Positions 50,192-62,129 of a stretch of 64,000 bases of DNA are shown here, one piece after another. The DNA lies in the NCBI GenBank assembly GCA_028534125.1, contig CM052817.1:11782001-11846000 (forward strand), read 5' to 3'. The stretch comes from Lama glama (Eukaryota). Below the pieces are notes generated by a model. It saw only the letters and a list, made by a program, of their open reading frames with translations, had not been told where the DNA came from and did not search any database. Numbering within the stretch: position 1 is the stretch's first letter; every line of letters starts with the position of its first letter. A program made the position numbers and the translations under genes.

Positions 50192-50601
50192 GGTGGCGGG
50201 GACTGGCTAGATGTCCAACAATCCCATTTCTGTTCCAGGCAACTCAGGAAAACTGCACGTTTCAGCTTCCTTTATGCAGTCGAGTTGGAACCTTGTGTCT
50301 AGCTCTGGCTAGTGGAATGTTGGCAGACATGATTTCTAGGCCTAGTCTTAAAATGTAACTTTATCTTCAAAGTTCATGTGTCTGATCATGTGACAATGTG
50401 GTCACGTAGTCATCTGATGATGAACTTAACATGACAGGAGGTACCTGGATAGCTCAGTCATTGCCTGGAAATGAGCTACCCAAGAGAGCCACCCAACTTT
50501 TATTGGATTATGAATTGAGTGAGAAGGAAACCTTTGCTGTGTTAAGCCACTGGAATTTGGTTATTTGTTACTATGGCATAGTCTATACTATATATGATTA
50601 T
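50192..50601 (+). mobile_element. Old MaLR LTR (MLT1I/J-like)
   Basis: 'tttcagcttcctttatgcagt...tctggctagtggaatg...tttgctgtgttaagccactggaatttggttatttgttact'. Confidence 0.7.
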
Positions 50602-51209
50602 AAAACTATGGAATTGCTTACCATTGAAATTTTTTCCCAAATGCTATGCTGTCACCAAGAGATTACCTCTGTTATCCTGGGGAATTACTGGATACTTTCT
50701 ATAAGGAGACATGTATGAGATAAGTTTTAAAAGACTTTATTCCCTAACATTTTCATGTATCTCTTTTGATTTTCCCTTTATATATCCAGCTTCCTCTAAT
50801 TGAAATAGAAAGAGGAATGCTCAAACCAGGAAAAGATTGCATGTGAATTAATACCTTGGCCTTGTTTCAGGAATGAGTTCAGGAAGTCTAAATGTTCACT
50901 TTCATGTGGAAGGAGATTAGGGGTAATTATTTCATGAAGACAAGGAGCTGAGAAGGAACAGCATCAGATAGAGCATCTCTGAAATTATATCTGCTCTTTG
51001 GAGTTGGGGTAAAGTTAGGGTAGGATCAGATATCTGTGCTTTGGAAATTTTAAAAATTTGCTCTGGGTGTTATGTTCTGTCCTTAAGAATGTTTATGCAC
51101 AAGGAGTAGTCTTAAGTGCACTGGCAACTGGGTTCACTGGTTGGAGGAGACTTCCTGCTATAGCGATGGTACAAGATGAGTCTAGTTTGGGTTACTTATA
51201 TGTATTTTT

Positions 51210-51735
51210 GAATATAATACGTCCTAATATTCCAGGCACTGTTTTAAGCACTTTACAAAGATTAACTTACTCAATACTCGTAAATACCCTATGAAATGCT
51301 ATCAGTATTTTTCTCACCTTAAAGACAAGGAAACTGAGGCATGGAGAGTTTAAGATTACACATTTCCCAAGATTATACACCTAGTAAGTGGTGGAACCAG
51401 CATTGGAACCCAGGTTGTCTGAGTCTAGGTCCCAGACGTGTCACTGCTTTGCTATGATGATTTGCTTTTGCTAATTAATAGTGGCACCAACCAACAACTA
51501 CCATTTACTGAGCTTACTAAGCGCCTGGCACTGTTCTAAATTAACTACATGTATTGTCTTTTTAATGCACAAAACCAGACTGTGAGTAGGCGCTACTGTT
51601 ACTCTCACTGGACAGATAAGGAAACCGGAAGCAAGAGAGATATAACTAGGAGGAGTTTAGTAACAAGGAGGGGCAGAAGCTGTGCTGGGATTCAGGCAGA
51701 CTTGGGTCCAGAGCCTGAGCACTTTGCTGCTACAG
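51210..51735 (-). mobile_element. Two tandem MIR SINEs
   Basis: 'ccaggcactgttttaagcactttaca...aggaaactgaggcatggagag' and 'ccatttactgagcttactaagcgcctggcactgttcta...acagataaggaaac'. Confidence 0.8.
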
Positions 51736-53410
51736 CACATATCCTCTCAGTAGTCGGGGTGCAGGATTTTCCTGGCTGTGGATGCCAGAAAATTCCCTTG
51801 AAACCAGGAACCAGTGTTCTTCTGCCCTGGCCTCTTCCTCCTTCTAGGTTGCTTAGGAAGAAGGTAAGTCTAGGCTATTTTCTTGGTCGAAATAATTTTC
51901 TCCCTTTCCTTACTCATTGAACCTCTTGACAGTTACTGGATTATCAATTCAAGTCCATCTGAAAAGCCAGATTTTTCAAAAGCATCTTCATTCCCCTAAA
52001 TTACAGTGGATTTCCTTTTTATTTGATGTTTCATTGGAAATAAAACATTGAGAAATTATCAATAGTCTATTCTTACAGATGCCTTACAAGAACAAACTTT
52101 TAATGGCAACATGACATCTTTTATTTTTTGCTTTGTTGTCTTGGTTTCTGGGTTTTAGCTTTAGCTACAAGAGACAACTTGAAACATCTTGCACTGTGTA
52201 GTAAACATCTGATAATATGTGCAAAACAGAAGTTTCTGGTACTCTGGTGATGACTTTTAACCTAGAGAAAGGAAGAAAGTATTAGAAGCATTATGCAATT
52301 AACATTGGTTAAAAGTAAGTTCTTACAGATGGGACATTCATTATGTTGCAGTACAGTGAATACTTTTTTCCCTTAGAAATTAGCTAATTACGTATATCAA
52401 TTTTTTTTGTAATTTTAACACATTTTCTTCTTGGAATTTAATATTTGAAACGTGCATAACCTCATCACATATAATTGCCTAAAATAAACTGAAGGCAACA
52501 ACAGAACAACACACGCAATGAAAACAATTCAAAAACAGCTTACTTTTAAATAAAACTTGTAGAAACATCTGTGGAACCATTAATTTCAGTATGACTCTGA
52601 ATAATTCATTCAACCTCTCCCAGCCTGTTTCTTTTTATTCTGTGAAAGGAGGAAACTGTGCCCATTTAACAAAGATTAGATGGAATTATTTATATGAAAA
52701 TATTAAGCACAGTGGATGATGAAGCAGGAGTTGTATTCAACTTCCCTCCTTCTTCCTTTCCTCTCATTCCCCTTTTTTCTTCTTTTATTCCTCTCTGTGC
52801 CTTCAAGAAGTCTTCAGGGCACACTGCACAATAGGGAGAAGAAAAATAGATGAGGAGAAAGTGAGGCTTGTTTAGATAAGACTGGAATTGTACTGAGAAA
52901 CAGACTTCTTAAATGGTGATGCCCCTTAGCTGTTTCAGCACCAGGAGGAAGAGTGACAAGTTCTTAGGGGAAGCATCACAGTGATCAGGTTTCTGTGCAA
53001 AGTGGGTTTATTCTCAGCTTGGACCCCTAACAGGAGGTAACTCTACTTGGCAAGGAAGATTAAACACCCTTCTTCCAACCATAGCAGGTATACTAATACT
53101 GAATATGCCAGAAGGAAAAAAGATTGAAACAGTGTAGCTGGGCAAGATTAATGAGGTAGAGTACTGGGTCCAAAAGCCATTTTCGTTAGCAAGTAAAGCA
53201 AGTAATCAGCCGTAAGTAGTACTTACTGGAAGATGGCAAATTCTTCCACAGAAATAGTTTACTGAAGACAAAGACTACTTTGAACAAGCACATAATCAAA
53301 ATCATGGACTTCCTGCAATCAGTAATAACTAAAACGGAGTGTGGGCATCCTGGCAAATGACAGCGTGGATAATAAGATCAATCCTGGACCAGAATGATTT
53401 CCTTAGCCCC

Positions 53411-54043
53411 TATATTAGTTTTCTATTGCTGTGGAAGAAATTACTACACACATTTATTATCTTGAACTTTCCACGGGGTCAAGAGTCTGGGCACAGCTTA
53501 GCTGGGCCTCTTGCTCAGTCTCACAAGGCTCCAGTAGGTATCAGTCTGACTGTTCTCACGTGGAGGCTTGTTGGGGGGAGAATCTGCTTCTCATCTCATT
53601 TATGTTGTTGGTGGAATTTACTTCTTTGTGGCTTATGACTAAACCCCCATTTTCTGCTGTATGTAGGATGGAGGCTGCCCTCGGGTCCTAGCCAGGCGGA
53701 CTTCCTCAGCATGCCTGCTCACTTCCTCAAGCCAGTGAGAAGACTCTCTTAACCTGAGGAAGGGCCCAGTCTCTTGTAAGGAGTCTCACTTGATTAAGTC
53801 AGAGCCACTCAGATGATCCTTTTTGATTAACTCAAAAATAACTTCTCTAGGACTTTAATTACCTCTGCAAATCCTTTCACCTTTGCCTTATAATGTAACC
53901 TAATCAAGGAAGTGACATCTCATCACCTTTGACATGGTCTTTTGGTTGGAGGGAAGTCGCAGGTCCCACCCATGCTCGAGGAGAAGGGATGTGATTTCCA
54001 GCGGGCAGGAACATAGGCTCTGTCCTAGGATCTGTCCACTGCA
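53411..54043 (-). mobile_element. MaLR solo LTR (MLT1E/F-like)
   Basis: 'tattagttttctattgctg...ggtcaagagtctgggcacagcttagctggg...tttaattacctctgcaaatcctttcacctttgcc...gtcgcaggtcccacc'. Confidence 0.8.
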
Positions 54044-54274
54044 GCCAAATTAGTTGAGGTTTATTGCTGGTTATGAGTAACTAGAGATAAGCTTAAGAAT
54101 TCCTGTATACTCTTCACATTTGTATAATTTCATTCAATAAACTATATAACTTAGGTAATTTCACTCAACAAACTGTCTGGTAACAAACATACAGCATAGG
54201 ACTGATCATTACCAATGAGCCCTTTTCATCTTTACATAGACTTAAGTTAATGGAATCCACAAAGGATCTGCCAT

Positions 54275-55070
54275 GTATTTATTCATTCATTCAACAAATA
54301 CCTGATAATCATTGACTATAACCGGGGCCTTATTTAGGTGCTGGGCATATTACAGCAAACAAAAAGATTTAAATGCCCTCATGAACCATATATGTTAGAG
54401 AAGCAGAGAGACGATAAACCAGATGAATTAGTAAATATTTGCGTTGCGTTTGGTAGTGGTACGTGCTAAGGAAAGGGGGCAGGTTGATATTTTCAAATGT
54501 GTGGGCAGGGAAGGGATCTAAGAAGGTCATATGTGAGTAAAGAACTGAATAAATAAGGGAATAAGCCATGAGAGCATTTGAGAGGTGAGCGTCCTGAGCA
54601 GGGAGAAGAGGAAGTGCAGGCCAGGGTATTGAAGACGTGCCCGGTGGGTTTGAGGCACAGCAAAGAGCTTGGGGTGGCTGCAACCGAGTAAGCCAGGGAG
54701 CCCTGCAGGTGACAGAGTGAGAGAGGAAAAGGGAGACTGAATCAAGCAGGGTTCTGTACGTCTTTGTAAGAAATTTGTTGTTTTCTCTGGGATGGGAGCA
54801 ATTGGAACATTTTGGACAGAGGAGGGACTTGATCTGATCTAAGTTTTAACAGGATCACCCTGGCAGCTGTGTTGAGAATGACTGAGGGCATTGAGAGTGA
54901 AACAGGGGCACCACTAAATAGAATATTGCGATGATTCAGGTGAGAGATGATGGTGTGGTTTGAACCAGCTATGGAGGCATGAAAATGGATTTGTCAGAAG
55001 GTGAAACTGAAAGAATTTGCTGACACTTCATATGTAGGTTATAAAAGAAGGGCAGAAGACAAGAATGACT
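54275..55070 (-). mobile_element. L2 LINE (L2a-like) 3' portion
   Basis: 'attcattcattcaacaaata...aggtgctggg...gttttaacaggatcaccctggcagctgtgttgagaatga...caggtgagagatgatggtg'. Confidence 0.9.
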
Positions 55071-56034
55071 ATATCCACATCTGTATGTATATTTATACAT
55101 TAATTTATGTTATAATATTAATATGTCAGAATTTTTATATTAAGGTTACCACTTAACCATCTTAACTGCTACATATCCTAGGTGAATGAATGTATATAAT
55201 TCATATATATATGGTGGGGCTGCATTGAGCTTACTCTAATTCAGTTGTGTTTGGTAAAATAAAGAAATCCTGTAGAATGATAATTTGTATGTATATTCCT
55301 CATATACACTACATGCATTATTGAATACATTACGCATTCACATACACATGTTACTTTGTTGAATTAAATACACAAAGCAATGTAAACTGTGCTTTATGGG
55401 CAATTTAAGAGATTTATCAAGCATAATTTTTATTACATGCAGTTTTCACCTTTCAAATTGATTTTAGAATCCTACTCCTGAGAGAAAAGTGCCTTTGCTT
55501 TAAACCTGAACTGAGTGGCCCTTTCCCTGATTTTAGCATCCACAGTTCTGGTGCTCAGGACTGACCGTGTAGTTGAGCAGCATTTCTCTGAGCATTCTGT
55601 CTTCACATGGCTGGCTCAGCCCCTCTGTGTGCTGCAGAGCAGAGGTGGGACGGAAGGACCAGGTCTGTCCTCTCTGACCACCATGTTCTGTGCTGCCAGT
55701 GACAGTGGAATCTACTCAGTTCTGGTGGATTAGTAGAAAAACGGGGATTTTTAAACTCAAGATTTTACAAAAATAATAAACCATTCTAGTTCAAAATGAC
55801 TGATGATACTATAGATTGGGCTATACATATTTTGATAAAAATTATATTGACAATGTGGAAATGTGTGCGAAATAAACATATGTCAATATTTATTTAATCC
55901 TAAGTGGCTACCCTTTCACCAGCTGTGTGGTCCCCTTCTAACGCTGGTTTCTCCTCCGTGGATGATCATTAGATCCTCTGTCATCTCTCCAGGAAGTGTG
56001 GCCTTTTGGGTGCACTAGAGCAGAGCAGCCTACC

Positions 56035-56660
56035 TGTTAGCAGTATTTCATTTGTAAATGAGAGAACATTTGGTCTAAATGGCTTAAATAAAGGGAAATT
56101 TACTGGCTCATGTAATTGAACAGCACAGAGGTAGGACTGACTGCAGGCACCATTTATGGTTCTCATGTTTCACTAGGCCTCCAGCTCTGCCTTTTGGCAA
56201 GTTCCTAGGATCGGATTTTCGGCTTGTGTGGTTTGTCCTCAGAGGCTCCATTCATAATAGATGCAAGGGCTCCTGGTTGTTCCAGACTGTGCCCAATATC
56301 ACAAGCACAGGAAGAGAAGCCTGTATCCCAGAACAAACGTGGGGCATTCTGATTGAATCAGTGTGGGTCACATTACCTGGGCTAGCTCTGTTGTCAGGCA
56401 AATGCCGTCTATTGATTAGCTCAGGCCTGAATTTCTTGCCCATCCATGGAAGAATAACTTTGGCTGAGGAGTTGGAGTAGGTTATTGGAATGTAGCTAAT
56501 TCAGGCCCAGCCTGGATCTCTCGGGTCTGGGGACAATTCCCTGTTGCACCACATGGTGGAATAAAAATAGGTGGTACCTGAATAAAATCCATGGCATCTG
56601 AATGCAGATCAAGTGGAAACTGTTCGGTAGATGTCTAGGGCATGTAGAAACTCAAATGTT
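56035..56660 (-). mobile_element. Old MaLR LTR (MLT1K-like)
   Basis: 'aaatggcttaaataaagggaaatttactggctcatgtaattgaa...ttctgattg...gggtcaca...attgattagctcaggcctg'. Confidence 0.7.
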
Positions 56661-57013
56661 CCATGTCTGGCTTGACTTGGGCCAAAGAAAAGGCTGTGCA
56701 GTGAGTGGTGCATAGGTTTACATGCCAGGCAGCCCACTCCTGTCCACCGTGCCCCCCCCATCAGTCCTATTGCTGTGTCTGTGGCACCCTCTGCATCCTA
56801 AGTAACTCCTTCCCTACATGAAAAACTACCTGATAATATTCACGAAGGGGAACGCCTGCCTTTGAGAACAGGAACTTGTGCACGTGTTCTGGGATTTTTG
56901 CTAGGACCCTGGCACAGGGCTCTGTGTCATTTTTACCGATTAGCTTTTTATAATAAAACTTGAGAGTTTCTCTGTTTTGGCAGTTGCCTTTGTAAAATCT
57001 CTGTCTCTCTCCA

Positions 57014-57610
57014 GTGTTGGTTTTCTATTGCTGCCATAAGAACTTACCATACAACTTAGTGGCTTAAAATGACACAAATTTATTATTTTAAAGTTTTGTT
57101 GATCAAAATCCCATCACTGGTCTCACCTGGCTACAATCAAGCTGCCGGCTGGGCTGCAGCTGGGCTGCATTTCTTTCTGGAGGCTCTAGGGGACAGCCTG
57201 TTTCTTTACTCATTCAGGTTGTGGGCACAGCCCCATTGCTTGCAGTGGTGCAACTGAGATCCTATTTTCTTGCTGTCTGTTAGGTGAGGTGGTTCCTCAC
57301 ATTCCTTGGCATGTGGCCCCTTACTCCCTCTTCAAGGACAGCAACGGTAGATTGAGTCTTTCTCAAATCACATCTCTCTAACCCAGGGTGGCAGATTATC
57401 CACTCTTAAGGACTTGTATTATTAGGTAGCACCTACCCAAATAATCCAGGAAAATCTTGCCTCTTTAGTGGTCAGCTGATTAGCAACATTAATTCCATCT
57501 ACAACTGAACAGATAAAATTATGTAACACAATTTTCCATATAGCATAACATATTCACAGAGTTAGGGATTAGGATGCGGACATCTTGGGGGCCTAGTATT
57601 CTTCCTGTCT
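57014..57610 (-). mobile_element. MaLR solo LTR (MLT1D/E-like)
   Basis: 'gttttctattgctgccataagaacttaccatacaacttagtggcttaaaatgacacaaatttatt...acatattcacagagttagggattaggatgcggacatcttgggggc'. Confidence 0.85.
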
Positions 57611-58277
57611 CCCTTCACACACATACACAACTGGCTCACATTCATTTTTCACCTCTTTCTCATTTAATTATTACAATTATTAATTTCATAAACCAATCCT
57701 TAATTTAAAATATGGATGAAACTCTTAGCCAGGAGTTGGTGGATTGAATTTCTGCTTTGGTCTAGTTTTGGCTTCCTTTGGTTGTTATTCTGGATTGATA
57801 TCATTGTACTTGGCATGAGCTTTTGTTGAACTGGCCACTAATAATATCAGGAATTACATCCCATTTGAAAAACTCTGGGCTGTCTTCTCTCTATAGTGTC
57901 ATGGTTTTGAGGGTGCAAAAATAAATTCTAGGTTAAGTGCTATCTCAGATCGTATTAAAAAATAAACATTCCAGTGGTGCTTCCTGGTTTATGCTGTCAA
58001 CTGTTCTTCCAAGTTTATGGTGGTTGAGATTTTGCTTTTTGAACTATTTCATGCCTATTTGCTTGTTCACTTTGACCACATCACTTCCCTTTCCAGAGCT
58101 CTAAACTGACTTTGAATTGCAAATTGCATTCTATCTATTGACTGAGTTAAAATGCTTACTCGGTTGCCTAGAGGAAAGAAATGTTTCTTTGAGCTGCTTG
58201 AACCCTAATTATCTTTGGCCAAGACCCACTATATTTAAAAAGCCTATACATCCTGCTTGATATTCATGTTCACTCAA

Positions 58278-58515
58278 GATAATAATCAGTAATGTTTTGG
58301 GGATGGTACCATGCACCATGTATTTTGCATGCAGTCTGCTTGAATTCCCATAATATCCCTATAGGGGTATGTGCTGTTCTCAATTCTGTTTTACAGACAA
58401 GGAAGTAAAATAAGGAGGGTGAAGTCAGTTGTCCAAGGCCATATAGCGGTGAAGTGTCAGGACTGAAACTTCTGCTCACTAACAAGAATGCCTCTGCCCT
58501 TAACCATTAAGCTGT
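58278..58515 (-). mobile_element. MIR SINE
   Basis: 'ctgttttacagacaaggaag...gtgaagtcagttgtccaaggccatatagc...cttaaccatta'. Confidence 0.75.
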
Positions 58516-60644
58516 GAATGCCCCATGAAATTTAGTCCCTTTTAAAGTGGAATTTTACTGTTAGTATGAAGGCATATGTGGATCAAATATTACTGTTGCT
58601 TTACTGGCAGGAAATTGAGTGCTATAGTCAGATGTCTAATAGTCATAATTGCATAACTATCCTTCCATTTCCCCTTTCAGAGAAAGCAGTATCATGGCAG
58701 GTAACCAATTTTTATAGATTATCATAGTCTATACTTTCTGTTTCAGCTAATAGGGTTTTTTTTTTTTCCCACCTGTTGGACCATACTTTAGAATCTCTCC
58801 TATGATTGATTAGGGAAAATTGTTTCTCTGTTTCCTTCTTAAAATTAGGAATGGCTCTGGGAAATGTTTAGGAAGATATATAGATTTCATATGCAAGACA
58901 TTTTTATTGTCGTTCAGAATTAATCATCTATGCCATATTCCAGTGCTAGCATTCATAGGATGCATTTGTTTGGTGCCAGTCTTAAAGCCGAAGATAACAA
59001 AGAAAGTGATAAAAAGAAAGAGTTCATTTCATTTCCTAAGATTCTTTAGGTAGGTTCTTACAGTTTTCATTTATTTTGCAGATCTGTTCAGCCAAAAATA
59101 AGCTATAATAATATCTTATGGTCCTTCTAAACTATTTCCAACCTCTTGGAAATAGATGCAACCCTTTATCATATGTGCAAAAAAAGGGTAGTTGGGAAAT
59201 TATTAGATAATTAACCTGCTAAAGAGGTCCCCACCCCGTGTTTAACAGTCTAGCATCCAGAATCTCACCTTCACTCGCAGGGAGATGCTACAAGCCCATG
59301 CTTATCTCAGTCTGGGAGAATAAGAAACAAAAACATATCATGGAGACTCATGAGACATATAAGGAGAACAAGCCCTAGGAAGGAAAGGCACAAATAGAAC
59401 ATGCATGAAAGAGGATGTAGAATCAATGGAACACATACAACAAAGATTTAAGCTAAACATAGTCTTTGTTTTCAGAGAGATAAAGGAGAATATGGGAAAT
59501 ACGAAGTAGATCAGATAGTTATGAAGAAATAACTCAAGGAGTTAGAATTGAAAAATGCTATCTTTAAACTAAATTACTGCATGGATGCGTTGAATAATAA
59601 ACTTAGGATAGCCGAAGAACAAACTAATGAACTATATGATCAAGGTGAAAAACTCTCCTGGAAGACATCAGGAAATGATAAATCATGAAAAGAGTGAAAG
59701 TGAGATTAAGGGAAAGGATAGAAGTAGAAATATCAATGGCTAACTAAAGGGACTTTCAGAATAAGTGCAAAGAATAAATGGAAAGTGAAAGAAGAAATAA
59801 TGAACAATAACTTACCAGAATTGGACAGATATAAACCCTTAGGTGCTGATAGAATTGATAAGAAAAATCTATTCTTAGATCCATTATAGTGACATTTGAG
59901 GACAAAAAAAACAACAGTAACTTCAGACAAAGCAAGTGATGACATCAGTCTTCAACAGTAACACTGGATACAAGAAGACAGCAATAAAATATCTTCACAT
60001 TGTTGATGGAAAATAACTTTGAACGATTATCTATTGAACCTTATTTAAAGTTATCAGATATATCAAGGTCTCATAAAGTTCACTAAACAAGAGAGCCTCA
60101 ATAAATTCCAAAAATTCAATGTCATTCAGGACATGAAATATAGTTATAATTTAAGAAAATTAGGAATCAACAACAAAGCCTAAAGTTTAGACAGCATAGT
60201 AAACATAATGTTCATACTATTAAATGAAAGGGGAATACAGCAAGGGAAACTATAAAATATTTAGGCTAAATGGCAATGAAAGCACATGTTAACACCTGTG
60301 CGATTCAGATTAGAAGGAAATTAATAAATTTGAAACATTTATCAGAGAAGAAAAAGAACTATCGAAATAAATTAGCTCGGCATTCAAATTAAGAAGTGAG
60401 GTAAAGAGCAACAGAGTAAACCCTAAGAAACAAGAAAAAAAATAATAAAGGCAAAGGTAGAATTGAATAAAATATTGCTACATTAAAAAATGAGAGAGAG
60501 TTCATAACTCCTAAAACTTGTTCTTTCAGAAGACAGATAAAACAGATAAAATGGCAGGACCTATATGAAAAAAATGATAGGCTATTTAAATAAACAAAAT
60601 GCAGAGTGACAAGTTGAAAATAAATATACATATAGTACATATTT

Positions 60645-61060
60645 AAGACAAATACTTTATAATGTCACTTGTATGTGGAATCTAAAAATGCCACACTTGT
60701 AGAAACAGAGAGTAGAAGGGGAGTAGCATGGTGTTTACCAAGAGCTGAGGGGTTGGGGAACTGGGGAGATGTATGTCAAAGACTATAAACTTCCGGCTTG
60801 AAGAAGTTCTGAGGACTTAATGTACAGCACTGTGATTATAATTAGCAATACTGTATTATATATTTAAAGGTTGCTAAGTGAGCAGATCTTAAATATTCTC
60901 ACTGAAGAAAAGAAAATGATGTGATGGAGGTATTAGCTAAAACTACAGTGGTGATTATATAGCAACATGAAATTGTATCAAATCAACACATTGTATACCT
61001 TAAACTTATACACAATGTTATATGTCAACAATACTTCAGTAAAGCTGAATAATAAAATAA
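60645..61060 (+). mobile_element. L1MA9/10-like 3'UTR fragment nested in the older L1
   Basis: 'aagacaaatac...cacttgtatgtggaatctaaaa...tactgtattatatatttaaaggttgctaag...tgtataccttaaacttatac' plus A-rich tail. Confidence 0.85.
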
Positions 61061-61742
61061 GATTTTGCAAATAATACTTGAATAAATTTTAAAATAAGTA
61101 ACAGTAAGAGATAAGTTTTCCCTCGAGTGTCAAAAAAGGCAAAAATAAAGGAAAACTAGAATAGATTAATAACCACTAAAGTAATTGAAATCGATTTTCA
61201 AATTTTCCCTTATCCCCTAATCTCAGTAGTTTTGCATATAAATTCAATCAATCTGTCAAAGACAAGATAATTTATTTCTTATACATATTATTACAGAAAA
61301 AATAATTAAAAAGAAAGTTTGAGCAGCTTTAAGTTAATAAACTTAATAAACTATTAAGTTTATAGGCCAGTTATACTAACGAACAGACATGTAAATATCC
61401 AGAAGAAAATATTAGCTGAGCACAGCAAGGCATAATAATTGTATTATAATGTGATAGTATCTGTCCCCAAAATGCCAGGATGATTCAACTCAGAACAAAA
61501 TCTATTATCTTGACAGGTGTGGACAAAGAACTGGATAAATGTCAACAATTATTCATGCTTAAAATTTTTACAAAATAAGCAATAGAAATTAACTTCCTTA
61601 ACTTAAAAAAGACTTTTAAAAGGACCCTATAGGGAATAGGATTTCCTATTTAATGGAAATCGTTAGCTACATTAACCTTTAATGTAGGGAACAAGACAGT
61701 GATTCCCATTCTTCTTGCTATCTTTTAACCAGTTCCTACAGG

Positions 61743-61899
61743 CAGGCAATCAAGTCATCCTGGCTTGCCCAGGACTTGCCTAGATTAAGCACTGTGTCCT
61801 GGGAAACTCTTCAGTCCTAGGAAAACTTGGTTTGGTTGGATAGTCAAAGTGTCCTAGAAACCTTCTCAGACAGGCAAACAGGACAGTTGGTTAACCTAC
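61743..61899 (+). mobile_element. MER94/MER81-like hAT-Blackjack MITE
   Basis: 'tcatcctggcttgcccaggac...agcactgtgtcctgggaaac...caggcaaacaggacagttggttaaccta'. Confidence 0.65.
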
Positions 61900-62129
61900 T
61901 GCTGGTCTTAACTAAAGCAGTGACACAAGAAAAAGACACATGAAGTATAGATTAGAAAAAAAGAGACAGAGTTTTCATTATTTAAAGAGAGAAATTTACA
62001 TAAAATTATCAAAGTGCTAATACCAAGACAATAATACAAAACATGCTGAATCTAAACTTAGCAATAAAAATCAATTGGATTCATTAATAAACAACTAGAA
62101 ATGTAAAAGAATACCATTTATAAAAGCCA

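Noticed and set aside
54125..54176. Repeat-spacer-repeat pattern as a CRISPR-like array
   Set aside because: Only two diverged units with a 10-bp spacer in mammalian DNA, with no cas genes
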